Virus record (IMG/VR): IMGVR_UViG_3300011115_000949
Span: 35,849 to 99,848 of that record
DNA length: 64,000 bases
Source of the DNA: a virus
Reading direction: 5' to 3' (one strand)
Positions 40,714-49,952 of this stretch are shown in pieces. The translations under genes were made by a program, and so were the position numbers. The notes under the pieces are model-generated. The model had not been told where the DNA came from, did no database searches, and worked only from the letters and a program-made list of their open reading frames with translations. How positions within the stretch are numbered: position 1 is the stretch's first letter; every line of letters begins with the position of its first letter.

Positions 40714-41478
40714 TTATTTAAGTAAAGATTCTGCTACATAAATACCATGAGCTCCACTTACTGTTATACCACGAGCTGATAAAGCATCACCTACAAAGTG
40801 TACATTTGGGTATTCAGTTAATGATAAGTCATTATAATTTACAAGTGGTTCAGGACTTAAATATTTTACCTCGGGTACATATATTCCCCAATCATCACCA
40901 AAATTAAATACTTTATTCATTTGGTCAATAAAATTTTCAATATATTCAAAATAACCATTCATTGTATTTCTTACACCATCCAAATTATCAATTTGAAATG
41001 CAGTTACATCTGTACCTTCTGATGTTTTAGATACTATTCTAGATGGTGAATAATATAATCCTTTACCTCCAAACTGTAATTTATTTACTACATCACGTGA
41101 CCATTCAAATGGATTTTCAATACCTTTAATTTCCATTAATATACCAAAATTAGTCATATTATTGCGGTATTCTTCACCTTTTTTAGCATGACCATTGTAT
41201 GTTATGTCTCCATAAGTTTCTTCAACTGCAACGTATGCTGCGTTGTTGTTTGTACAAAACGAACGTAATGATACGTTGTCAAATTTTTGATATAACTTAA
41301 AATCGTAACTAACATCAATTAATTTTTGAAAGTATTTTTGTGGGCTTTCAAATCTCACCCCAATCTGGCAACTCTTGCTTTCAGTGGGTAAATCATATTT
41401 CTGAGCTAATTTAGCTGAGAAATCAATTCCTGCTTTACCTGTACCTACAATGCATGTGTCGAATTTAATTTTTCTCAT
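40714..41478 (-). CDS. FAD-dependent oxidoreductase (COG2509-like), C-terminal half
   Basis: IVGTGKAG, IGVRFE, YDFKLY, RSFCTN, NGHA, PEVKY and VGDA..RGI..SGAHG. Start refined to ATG 41478. Confidence 0.8.
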   Translation of the reverse strand: MRKIKFDTCIVGTGKAGIDFSAKLAQKYDLPTESKSCQIGVRFESPQKYFQKLIDVSYDFKLYQKFDNVSLRSFCTNNNAAYVAVEETYGDITYNGHAKKGEEYRNNMTNFGILMEIKGIENPFEWSRDVVNKLQFGGKGLYYSPSRIVSKTSEGTDVTAFQIDNLDGVRNTMNGYFEYIENFIDQMNKVFNFGDDWGIYVPEVKYLSPEPLVNYNDLSLTEYPNVHFVGDALSARGITVSGAHGIYVAESLLK

Positions 41479-41615
41479 ATTTTTATCCAATTTTTATATT
41501 TGTTTATTCTTTGTCTAATTAGTAAACTTAGTTGATCAAGATTATGATTAAATTTTTCTTTAAATTCATGTCTTGTTCCTACAAATGTTTCTTCAGTTAA
41601 TGTGTTATAAAAAGT
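41475..41615 (-). pseudogene. Start-less relic of a homing endonuclease C-terminal DNA-binding domain
   Basis: Frame TFYNTLTEETFVGTRHEFKEKFNHNLDQLSLLIRQRINKYKNWIKI* follows an in-frame TAG; the F.GT..EF..K...LS.LI...YK.W pattern is characteristic of these domains. Confidence 0.55.
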
Positions 41616-41630
41616 CTAAGAAAAAGTTAA

Positions 41631-42119
41631 TTATTTTTGAAAAACTACAACATAAAACCCATCATCATCTTCTTCAGGATCTCCTTCACTTATATTTTCA
41701 TAAAGTATATTATAGTTTTGAAACATTGATTTTAATGTTTTTAAATTCGTATTGTAATCTTGAACTACTAAATATCCCCCAGATTTTAAAGCATCATCCA
41801 CTGTTTTTTTAATTTCTGGTGAGTATTGGAAATTATAAAATGAGTATGACATGTTAATAAGATTTCTAGGAGGTAATTTAATGTATTGATTTAAATCATG
41901 TATCTGATTATTAGGATTTCCATCTTTGGGGGTAGAAAATTTATCTATTACTATAGTTTTATTTCCAAAATCACTATATTTTCCTCCTCCAAAATCGTAT
42001 ATTTCTTCTGAATTTGGTTCTAGTTTTTTAGATAAATTATTAGCAGATATATATTTATCTCCCAAATCTAAATTATCTACTTTAAGGATTTCACTTAATA
42101 AATTTATTAATTTTATCAT
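41631..42119 (-). CDS. Class I SAM-dependent methyltransferase-like protein with N-terminal tag
   Basis: IYDFGGG, IVID, HDLN and LKSGGYLVV; leader MIKLINLLSE. Confidence 0.65.
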   Translation of the reverse strand: MIKLINLLSEILKVDNLDLGDKYISANNLSKKLEPNSEEIYDFGGGKYSDFGNKTIVIDKFSTPKDGNPNNQIHDLNQYIKLPPRNLINMSYSFYNFQYSPEIKKTVDDALKSGGYLVVQDYNTNLKTLKSMFQNYNILYENISEGDPEEDDDGFYVVVFQK

Positions 42120-42121
42120 GT

Positions 42122-42361
42122 TTATTTAGTAGTTTTAATATTAAATTCATCACCAACTATACAATCATGATTATCTATAAAATTAATAATTTTTTTTAAA
42201 AGAACATCATTAGTATCATCATTAATCTTAATTACTTCTCCAGTCAGTTGATTTTCTATTATACAATCTTTAGTATAACTTTGATAAGTACAGTTGAATT
42301 TCCCTTCTACAGGTTCAACAATGTTGTTTATCTCTAATACTTTGTAATTAAATTTTTTCAT
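42122..42361 (-). CDS. Hypothetical protein
   Basis: 79-aa ORF preceded by an ATATTTATA motif. Confidence 0.55.
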   Translation of the reverse strand: MKKFNYKVLEINNIVEPVEGKFNCTYQSYTKDCIIENQLTGEVIKINDDTNDVLLKKIINFIDNHDCIVGDEFNIKTTK

Positions 42362-42382
42362 AATTATGTTTTTATATAAATA

Positions 42383-42901
42383 TTAATCTTTTAATATTAC
42401 TTCTCTAGTTTCAAAATCAATTTCACTAACTTCAGTCTCCCACATAAAATTTACACCCTTATCTAACAAATATTGATACCATGCTTTAGCAATTTCATGT
42501 AAATAATTTGATCCAATATGCCAAACTGGAAACATACGTAGTCCAAAGTATGGTTTAATAAATTCAGGTTCCTCTTGTGGATCAGACATAAAAATTTCAT
42601 CTGGTTTGGGGTGGAAGCGAGTAAAGTTATCTACTACTTCTTTCATTAGTTCCATTGCTTTATCTTCACCACAATACTTAGCTAATTGACCCCCAATTGC
42701 GGTATGGTAAGTAAGTTTACCGTCGCTCCATCCCCCTGCTCCTAACATTCCTGTCATTACCTCTTCAGGTAAACGGTTAATAGGGTCATTTCCTTTGTCA
42801 ATGATTGTGATTAAATGTCCTGGGTATCCATTGTCTACTAATTTAGTAGCAGCATTTATACCTGCTACACCTGCGCCTACAATTACAATTTTTTTATCCA
42901 T
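42383..42901 (-). CDS. FAD-dependent oxidoreductase (COG2509-like), N-terminal half
   Basis: IVIVGAGVAG Rossmann motif, GAGGWSDGKL, HIGS and GVNFMWETEV. Confidence 0.85.
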   Translation of the reverse strand: MDKKIVIVGAGVAGINAATKLVDNGYPGHLITIIDKGNDPINRLPEEVMTGMLGAGGWSDGKLTYHTAIGGQLAKYCGEDKAMELMKEVVDNFTRFHPKPDEIFMSDPQEEPEFIKPYFGLRMFPVWHIGSNYLHEIAKAWYQYLLDKGVNFMWETEVSEIDFETREVILKD

Positions 42902-42906
42902 ATTTT

Positions 42907-42938
42907 TAAATATACAATTTTTTATCTAGGAAGCCAAA
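42907..42938 (-). promoter_or_regulatory. Bacteroidota-type promoter candidate, possibly leaderless transcript
   Basis: Sense TTTG-N20-TATATTTA-N5-ATG. Confidence 0.6.
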
Positions 42939-42940
42939 AT

Positions 42941-42967
42941 AAAAGTGGCATCCTTTTAGGACGCCAC
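42941..42967 (-). terminator. Intrinsic terminator
   Basis: Sense GTGGCGTCC-TAAAA-GGATGCCAC-TTTT. Confidence 0.75.
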
Positions 42968-42998
42968 AGCTGTCATATTTTATCTCTTTTGAGCGACC

Positions 42999-43370
42999 GG
43001 CTATGAATCGGTCTATATATTATTTTATATTAATATAATCCTTCGCCTGAAGATAATTTTCTCCAAGCTGATTGAATATATTTCATTTCAGACATATCAT
43101 CTATATGATCACTAAAAAAGTTTATAAATTCTGATTTTGTGATTTCATTATGTCCGGAAAAAGTTTCATTAAAATCTAATAGTATATCTTCATCATCAAA
43201 TGAATCAGCATATTCTTGAGCATCACTAACACTAATAGTTTGTTCATCTTCATTTAACTGTGACTCAATGATCAATCCTGCGAGTTTTTGCATACGTTTA
43301 AATTCTTCGTTTAATGTTTGTTTTTTCATTTTAGTTTTGTTTTAATTGGTTATAAATCGGTCTGTATGTT
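42999..43370. repeat. 23-bp imperfect direct repeat flanking ORF 43030..43329
   Basis: ggctatgaatcggtctatatatt (42999-43021) versus ggttataaatcggtctgtatgtt (43348-43370); 19/23 identical. Confidence 0.7.
43030..43329 (-). CDS. Acidic putative internal head protein with RMQKLAG tag
   Basis: Starts MKKQTLNEEFKRMQKLAGLIIESQLNE. Confidence 0.65.
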   Translation of the reverse strand: MKKQTLNEEFKRMQKLAGLIIESQLNEDEQTISVSDAQEYADSFDDEDILLDFNETFSGHNEITKSEFINFFSDHIDDMSEMKYIQSAWRKLSSGEGLY

Positions 43371-43374
43371 TAAT

Positions 43375-44028
43375 TTAGAAAAATGATTCTTTATTTGCTT
43401 CAATAGCATCAAAATCTAGTTGTGGTTGATCTTTTTTAAGTTTAGTTAATGCTAAATCAAAAGCTATATCAAAATCAGAACGATAATTTAAATCCAAAGA
43501 TTCAGGTTCACCCATACTATCTTCAACAACATCATCAATATATTCTCTCATATATCCACCTTCTTCAGTATCTAAAAATGGATTAAATGCTTCATAAAGT
43601 GATTCTTTAAGTTCAGATGATTCTCCATTATGAGAGATTAAGTATATTTTATTGTATTTTGACATAAAATTATTTAATTCATCTTCACTAGTAATAGCTT
43701 TCCAATTATCAGGGTTATTTAAAAATGTTGTAATATAATTTATATCAATTATTCCGTAATTATCATTAAATATTTGAATTACTTCTGGGTTTTTAGATAA
43801 AGTGCCTGTTATAGATAAAATAGATTTTGAAGTATCTTTTATAGCTATATTATATACTATAAAACCTATTTTTTTAGGTTTAACGAATCTAGGTGCTAAT
43901 TTAGAATCATCAGAAACATATAATGTTATCCCATCATTTATTAAATCTGATGCTTTGTTTTCATTTATTTGAATTCCAGCAAGCTTTTGCATGCGTTTAA
44001 ATTCTTCAGATAGTATTTGTTTTTTCAT
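43375..44028 (-). CDS. Putative internal head protein with RMQKLAG tag
   Basis: Starts MKKQILSEEFKRMQKLAGIQINE; internal LKESLYE precedes an acidic second domain. Confidence 0.65.
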   Translation of the reverse strand: MKKQILSEEFKRMQKLAGIQINENKASDLINDGITLYVSDDSKLAPRFVKPKKIGFIVYNIAIKDTSKSILSITGTLSKNPEVIQIFNDNYGIIDINYITTFLNNPDNWKAITSEDELNNFMSKYNKIYLISHNGESSELKESLYEAFNPFLDTEEGGYMREYIDDVVEDSMGEPESLDLNYRSDFDIAFDLALTKLKKDQPQLDFDAIEANKESFF

Positions 44029-44054
44029 TTTATACTAGTTATATATTATACATA

Positions 44055-44525
44055 TTACACAACCCATGAAGGTTTATTATTTAATTTATTCCAACTTAAC
44101 CCTTTAACGCCAACTTTATCAAGTACATAAAATCTTTTATATGCCTCTAATGTATCCGGTCCTTTAAATTGATCGGGCATACATTGTGGGGGTGTTGTAA
44201 AACCATTATCTGGGATGTTAGGTTCATTTGTTTTACACCATTCTAATATATCTTGTGTTTTATGACGTTTACCATAACGTTTAGTAAATTCACTACAAAT
44301 TTCTAAACCATGTGCTATAAGCCATCTATAATGTTGTATAGATTGTCTTGCCCAAATTGTTGAGGGATGATTTTTGTGAGCACGTTTGTATGGTGCTGTT
44401 CCACCTGTTTCCCAATGTGCCGTACAACACATTTGAGCACTTTCAATTTGCATTTTGCGGATGTGGTCGTCTGCTAATTCGCGTGCTGCTAGGGTTGGAT
44501 CATTATTAATGTAGAATATATTCAT
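44055..44525 (-). CDS. Pyrimidine-dimer DNA glycosylase family protein (DenV-related)
   Basis: MNIFY...DDHIRKMQIESAQM...HKNHPSTIWAR...EFTKRYGKRH...PPQCMPD. Confidence 0.8.
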   Translation of the reverse strand: MNIFYINNDPTLAARELADDHIRKMQIESAQMCCTAHWETGGTAPYKRAHKNHPSTIWARQSIQHYRWLIAHGLEICSEFTKRYGKRHKTQDILEWCKTNEPNIPDNGFTTPPQCMPDQFKGPDTLEAYKRFYVLDKVGVKGLSWNKLNNKPSWVV

Positions 44526-44547
44526 AACTTTTATTTGGTATAAAAAT

Positions 44548-44571
44548 AAAAAAGGCCTCTTTGGAGGCCTA
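44548..44571 (-). terminator. Intrinsic terminator
   Basis: Sense AGGCCTC-CAAA-GAGGCCT-TTTTT. Confidence 0.8.
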
Positions 44572-44595
44572 ATTTAATTTGTATTTTAGAAATTT

Positions 44596-45066
44596 TTATT
44601 TTATTTTAGCTTTATACTGAGCTTCAGTGATTACACCAGCTAATTTTTGCATGTAAAGAAATGATTCGTTTAATGGTTTTTCTTCTTCCATATAATTTTC
44701 ATCCATTCCATTTTCAACCTCAGATGCCATTTCGTCTACCATTTCTTTGGTTTCTTCAGATTTTGGTTCTTCAGTTTTTTTCTTACCTTTACTTTTCATC
44801 TTTTCAAGTTGCTTTTCGTATTTTGCTAAACTTTTTTCAAGATGTTTTATTTCTTTTTCAATTTCTTTAACTTTACCTTTATCAAGCATTTCATGATATG
44901 CTTCATCTAAACCTTCCATAGCCATTTTAGATTTACGTTCTTCAATAGCTTCTTTAGTTTTAGCCATTTTAGCTTCTAAGGCGGCTACATTACCTGCTTC
45001 GTCAATTTCACGAATGTAGCTTTGAATAGATTCGCGTATAATTTGTCTAAGTGTTGAATTTTCCAT
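44596..45066 (-). CDS. Coiled-coil putative internal head protein tagged at both ends
   Basis: N-terminal MENSTLRQIIRESIQSYIRE; C-terminal PLNESFLYMQKLAGVITE. Confidence 0.6.
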   Translation of the reverse strand: MENSTLRQIIRESIQSYIREIDEAGNVAALEAKMAKTKEAIEERKSKMAMEGLDEAYHEMLDKGKVKEIEKEIKHLEKSLAKYEKQLEKMKSKGKKKTEEPKSEETKEMVDEMASEVENGMDENYMEEEKPLNESFLYMQKLAGVITEAQYKAKIK

Positions 45067-45098
45067 GTTGTTAATTTATTATAAATATGTATATTTTA

Positions 45099-46385
45099 TT
45101 ATTTCTTATGTATTTTTAATTTTAAATTACCATCCCCCTTAATTATACGGTGCCACATATGTTTAGGTATGTGGATCTGTTCGTTTAATGAAGTAGGTAA
45201 CTGGTTGTCTAATTGTATTTTCCAATCAGTTTTACCAATAATTTCAATAGTACGTGCTTCGTTGTCACGATGCCACATTAATTCAATTGGATCAATGTTT
45301 GCATTAAATTCACGTATAATGTATTTATCTGTGGTTTCTATGTCTGTGTATGGCTTTTTATTTTCTTCTAAATCTTCTAATCCAGTGTCATCTTTTTTAA
45401 GATCTTTTTCAATATCTTTCATTTCACCAATAGCCCACTGTTTTTGAGATGAAGTTAAAGTACCATTAACTACATTTTCAATAAATTCAATAAATTCGTT
45501 TTCTGGGAGCTTATATACTTCTGTAAAGAATAATTCTCTTACACGAGAGTCATCTATTTTACTTTCAGTGTATAACCCATTTAACGCATCGTAAATAAAT
45601 TTACCATATTGTAAATCGCGAGGTTCGTTTGACAATTTATCTATGGCACCAATAATTGCTTTGTTTTTTTCTTTATCTCTACCAAATCCTTGTGTACCAA
45701 CAATTTCATACAATCCTTTTACGATTTCATGAACTAACATTGGAAAACAAATTGCTCTAGCTTTAATAACAAACTGTTCACTTTCTTCATCGTATTCCAT
45801 TTCGCTAACACCACCAGGCATGTTTTGATTTTGAGCAATCATTGCCAACATCATAGCAATAGCATTTTCATCATCGTAAATACCAAAAGATAATTTTAAA
45901 ATTTCGGCGTATTTGTCAACTAAACTTTCATCTAAAGCGTCTAAATATTCTTTAAACAAATAGAAAGCAAACGATCCCCTAATTGATGCTCCTTGAGTAA
46001 TACCGTTTATAATACGTCTTTTTGCTTTAAGTTTTTCAGGATCGTCTTGTCCAAAATCCGGTGAAGTAGGATCTTCTTCTTTTGATGGTGGAGGAAGTTT
46101 AATATCTGACATTGATGTTAATTTAGCATCAATTTTAATATTTGCGTAATTAATGATTGGGTATGCTTGTTCAACCATGTCTTTAGCTACTTCAGACAAT
46201 GCATCACGATATCCTTCTTCTGCTTTTGCAATTTCATCTAACAACTGGCGTGAACGCATAATAGTTTGTGTTAGACTTTTGTTACCAAGCATTTGCTTTA
46301 AAGATTGACCCGACTTGCCTTTTAGGGCAGCCATGGTTTCAGGCTTGAATATTTTTTCGTATTCTATTTCGTTTAAATTAGTCAT
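45099..46385 (-). CDS. Hypothetical protein with C-terminal cupin-like domain
   Basis: After DLEE: WHRDNEAR...IHIPKHMWHRIIKG, a cupin pattern. Confidence 0.55.
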   Translation of the reverse strand: MTNLNEIEYEKIFKPETMAALKGKSGQSLKQMLGNKSLTQTIMRSRQLLDEIAKAEEGYRDALSEVAKDMVEQAYPIINYANIKIDAKLTSMSDIKLPPPSKEEDPTSPDFGQDDPEKLKAKRRIINGITQGASIRGSFAFYLFKEYLDALDESLVDKYAEILKLSFGIYDDENAIAMMLAMIAQNQNMPGGVSEMEYDEESEQFVIKARAICFPMLVHEIVKGLYEIVGTQGFGRDKEKNKAIIGAIDKLSNEPRDLQYGKFIYDALNGLYTESKIDDSRVRELFFTEVYKLPENEFIEFIENVVNGTLTSSQKQWAIGEMKDIEKDLKKDDTGLEDLEENKKPYTDIETTDKYIIREFNANIDPIELMWHRDNEARTIEIIGKTDWKIQLDNQLPTSLNEQIHIPKHMWHRIIKGDGNLKLKIHKK

Positions 46386-46639
46386 TACTTTTTAAGTTTT
46401 AAAAAACGTTGAGCGATTTTATTTGCTAATTCTTTTTCTTCTTCTTTTAAAGAGGCTGAAGCTTTTGGTGCTGGTTCAACACCAGGTGCTGGTTTATCAA
46501 ATCCTCTACGTTTTGGAGTTGTGCCAGGTTTAGTAGTAGGAGGTGCAGTAGTTTTTTCTTTTTCTTTAGCAGGAGCATTTGCACTTACTGCTTTTTTTAC
46601 TTCTTCTCTAATGATTTCTTTTAATCTTGCTATTTTCAT
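46385..46639 (-). CDS. Small tagged Pro/Ala/Lys-rich protein
   Basis: Starts MKIARLKEIIREEVKKA. Confidence 0.55.
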   Translation of the reverse strand: MKIARLKEIIREEVKKAVSANAPAKEKEKTTAPPTTKPGTTPKRRGFDKPAPGVEPAPKASASLKEEEKELANKIAQRFLKLKK

Positions 46640-49308
46640 GATTTTTTATTTTTTGAAATTAAACGTAATGCGTTTTTGGCTTCATCAAGCATTGTTGGAT
46701 TTTGAGCTAAGAATTCACTAACAACAGCGTGTGCTAAATTTTCAGCTAAACCTCGTTGTGTTAATGTATTTACTAAGTTATCAGGTGAACCAATATTTAA
46801 TACTGTACCATTTGGAAGAACAACAAGATGTCCATTTCCGGGTTGAATATTAATTGAAGCCATATTTCCGTTATTTCCAGCTAAACGAATAATATAAATA
46901 GAATTTCTTCCAGCCTCAAGTACTCTAACTACTCTACCTCTAGCGCCTAATAAATTATTACGACGAGATGCTCCTCTAGATCTAAATGGAGGCACACCAA
47001 CTGGGTTTGCTAATACTCTTCTTAAACTAGGAGACATATTTTGAAGTCCTTGTTGTAAACCATATTCTGCAAATATTTCTTCAAGATTAAGTGCTCCTTC
47101 TTGTGGTTGGGCTGGTGCTGCGGGTTGTGCTGCTCCACCTGCTGGTCTACCTCTTCTTCTTTCACCAGCTGCTGGGGCTGCTGCTTGAGGTGCTGCTGCA
47201 GCTTGAGGTGCAGCTGCTCCAAGTATTTGTCTAGCTTGAATAGACGAAATTACTTTATTTAATAATTTACCACTTCTATCTGAAACTATAAAACTTGATC
47301 TTGGATCTCTAGTGTTAAGTAATATTACAACATCATTTACCAATACAGGTTTAAGTGTACTATCTTGAGCCATAAGTGGATTAGCTTGTACAATAAGTTT
47401 TGCAATATCTTTGTTTTGGATACTCATTAATAAACCTTTAATTTGTCGATCACTAAATGGTTGGTTTGTATCTCTATAATATTTTATAACTGTTGGCCAA
47501 TTCTGAGGGGAAATGGAATTGCTGTAATCATATGTTCTCCATCCATCTCCGGTCCTTCGTCCATAATCTATAATAGCGTCGGGTTTACCATCCCTTAAAT
47601 CAGGGTTTATAACAAATATTGGTTGGTCTTCAGCACTTGGATTTACAAGTATTACTCCATCTCTATCTCTAGCAATACCTTTACGTTTATCGTATGGAGT
47701 GTTATTTAATATTTGAAGGAATGGACCTCTTTCAATTGTGGCGGGAAGTGTTTTTGCACCAAAAACTAAATCTACTGCTGATTTTTGGAATCCTGTGTTT
47801 GACTCTTCTCCTTCTAATGCTTTTTGTACTTCTTCACTATCAAATGGAATAGATGATAATTTACCATTTTCTATTTTATATGATGTAAATGAATTTGAGT
47901 CTAATACAATTTTACCAGCATCTGTATCTTTAACAACTATAGAAGAATTTGGATCTGTTGTTGCTTTTTCTAAAATTTTATTTACAAAATCAACATCTAC
48001 TACTTCGTTATCCATTAATCTTAAAACCGTTGGGATTGGAAGTTTGTCTATTTCAGGATAATCTAAAATAAATCTAGAAGTACGTTTGTTAAGTTTAATA
48101 TCTGGGTAGTCTCTTTCTTCTGTAAAGACTGCTACTTGTACTCCTTCACCAAACTTTAATTTAACTATTGAATTATTATCTTTAGTAACATATAATCTTT
48201 CGTCAGATTTAGTTTCAAATTTATTTAATTTAACTAAAAGTTTTTTAACATCAAATGGAAGATTAGCTCTATTTAATTCTCTTACGTCTATAAGTTCTCT
48301 AAGATTAGCAGTAATAGATTTTCTATCGTTAGGTGTAAATTTGTCTAAATTTGCAAGTAATATCTCAGGATTTATAAGATCCGCATTTGTAGCTATAAAT
48401 GTTGCTAATTGAGGATAGTCTGGGAGGTATTTTCCAACAAATGTTTTTCTAGTTACATCGTTAAATAAGTCACTTCTGTCTTTTCTAATTACTATATATT
48501 GTTTTTTTTCAGTAAATGGAAGATTTTCCCAATCACGAAAATTAATTGCATTTTTACTATATAATTGAGTTGATTTTTCTTTAGATGATAAAGGAATGTA
48601 TTTTAATAAATTTTTAACATTAGGTATATTTTGTAACCAAGTAATATCTCTATTAAGTGATTCCCAACTCATTTTTTTAGATTCGTTTGGATCATTTTTT
48701 CTGTTAGTCCAAACATAACTTCCATCACTTCTAACTTGAATAGCAACAAAACTTAACTTATCGCTATCTGGTAGATTAGTATTTTTTATTAAATAAAATG
48801 AAGGAAAATTTCTGTCTTGTGAATATCTATAATTTCCAAATGATGTTCTTGTAATACACCACGGCACATCATTTCTATGTCTTTGACATAATTCTTCGTT
48901 TCCACCACTATATATTGTGTACCCGTTTTCACTATAAATTACATCTGGTCCTGTTTCTTCTTCCTCTTCTTCTCCAGGAACTTCTGCTCCTAGTGATGAG
49001 CTAGTAATTTTAAGTAATTTAGCTAATGTATATTTACGTAAATCTTTTTCGGTAATTTTAGGTGAATTTTTTAATTGGTCAAAACGTTTAATAGCAGCTT
49101 CAAGTGCTTGGTCTGATATAGTTATATTTAAATCGTCTGCTTCTTCTTTAAATTGAGCCATCAAACGTTTAATTTCAGCATCTGAGTATTCGTTTAAAGG
49201 AAACAAATTGTTTACAACATGTTCAATAAATTTGTAGGTATTTTCTTTACTACCTTCTTTAATGGTGTTTTTAAGCACCCATTCTGTTACGTTAAATGTT
49301 GAGCTCAT
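46636..49308 (-). CDS. Large hypothetical protein with PWCIT motif and AT-hook-like RRRGRP
   Basis: 890 aa; the Ala/Pro/Gln linker contains GERRRGRPAG. Confidence 0.6.
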   Translation of the reverse strand: MSSTFNVTEWVLKNTIKEGSKENTYKFIEHVVNNLFPLNEYSDAEIKRLMAQFKEEADDLNITISDQALEAAIKRFDQLKNSPKITEKDLRKYTLAKLLKITSSSLGAEVPGEEEEEETGPDVIYSENGYTIYSGGNEELCQRHRNDVPWCITRTSFGNYRYSQDRNFPSFYLIKNTNLPDSDKLSFVAIQVRSDGSYVWTNRKNDPNESKKMSWESLNRDITWLQNIPNVKNLLKYIPLSSKEKSTQLYSKNAINFRDWENLPFTEKKQYIVIRKDRSDLFNDVTRKTFVGKYLPDYPQLATFIATNADLINPEILLANLDKFTPNDRKSITANLRELIDVRELNRANLPFDVKKLLVKLNKFETKSDERLYVTKDNNSIVKLKFGEGVQVAVFTEERDYPDIKLNKRTSRFILDYPEIDKLPIPTVLRLMDNEVVDVDFVNKILEKATTDPNSSIVVKDTDAGKIVLDSNSFTSYKIENGKLSSIPFDSEEVQKALEGEESNTGFQKSAVDLVFGAKTLPATIERGPFLQILNNTPYDKRKGIARDRDGVILVNPSAEDQPIFVINPDLRDGKPDAIIDYGRRTGDGWRTYDYSNSISPQNWPTVIKYYRDTNQPFSDRQIKGLLMSIQNKDIAKLIVQANPLMAQDSTLKPVLVNDVVILLNTRDPRSSFIVSDRSGKLLNKVISSIQARQILGAAAPQAAAAPQAAAPAAGERRRGRPAGGAAQPAAPAQPQEGALNLEEIFAEYGLQQGLQNMSPSLRRVLANPVGVPPFRSRGASRRNNLLGARGRVVRVLEAGRNSIYIIRLAGNNGNMASINIQPGNGHLVVLPNGTVLNIGSPDNLVNTLTQRGLAENLAHAVVSEFLAQNPTMLDEAKNALRLISKNKKS

Positions 49309-49311
49309 TTT

Positions 49312-49572
49312 TTATTTATTAGGTAAAAACCAATTTGAACAATATTTGTTTAAATTTTCTTTAGTTACAGGTTCTTTAGTTGTTGGATCAATTAATAGAT
49401 GGGTTTTCATATATTCTTGATAGTTTTTATTTCCACAAGCATATGCTCCTTCATCTTTATTATAATTAAGAAATTTACAAACATGGCATCCAAATCCTAC
49501 AGATGAATACATGTATTGAGGATATTGGTTTGTTACTTCTTCGTTTAATAATATGTCTGTTAGTTTAATCAT
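49312..49572 (-). CDS. Small Cys-rich tagged protein
   Basis: Refined start MIKLTDILLNEE; CHVC..C..C. Confidence 0.55.
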   Translation of the reverse strand: MIKLTDILLNEEVTNQYPQYMYSSVGFGCHVCKFLNYNKDEGAYACGNKNYQEYMKTHLLIDPTTKEPVTKENLNKYCSNWFLPNK

Positions 49573-49952
49573 TTTGTTTTCCCCCACGATTTACCTTTAC
49601 CTGGATCTTTACATGCTGCTGGTGTAGGACGACATGAAGGATATTTTGCACGTTTTTCACCTTTTTGGCGGCCACAAGGTTTACATTTACCATCGCGACA
49701 CGTGTTGCAATCTACCCAACCACCTGTTTTACCAGGAGCACCTTTACGTTTGAACCAAGTACGAAGTGTTTCTTTTTCGTTAATTTCTTCTTCTTTAATA
49801 TCTTTCCAAATTTTACCCTGACGGCATCTTACAATAGCTCCTGATTTGTAAGCTGATGGTTTATCGTATTTGCGGTCTGCAATACGTTTGCAACGGTCAG
49901 CTTTCTTTTTTTCTTCAAGAAGTATTTGTTTAAGTATGTGGGTAAGGTTCAT
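49569..49952 (-). CDS. Basic Cys-rich tagged protein
   Basis: MNLTHILKQILLEE leader; two basic domains separated by INE. Confidence 0.6.
   Translation of the reverse strand: MNLTHILKQILLEEKKKADRCKRIADRKYDKPSAYKSGAIVRCRQGKIWKDIKEEEINEKETLRTWFKRKGAPGKTGGWVDCNTCRDGKCKPCGRQKGEKRAKYPSCRPTPAACKDPGKGKSWGKTK

Noticed and set aside
41479-42382. Group I intron or intein interrupting the FAD oxidoreductase
   Set aside because: The insert is almost fully occupied by ORFs, with no room for a recognisable ribozyme core. The N-half has its own stop and the C-half has its own coupled ATG.
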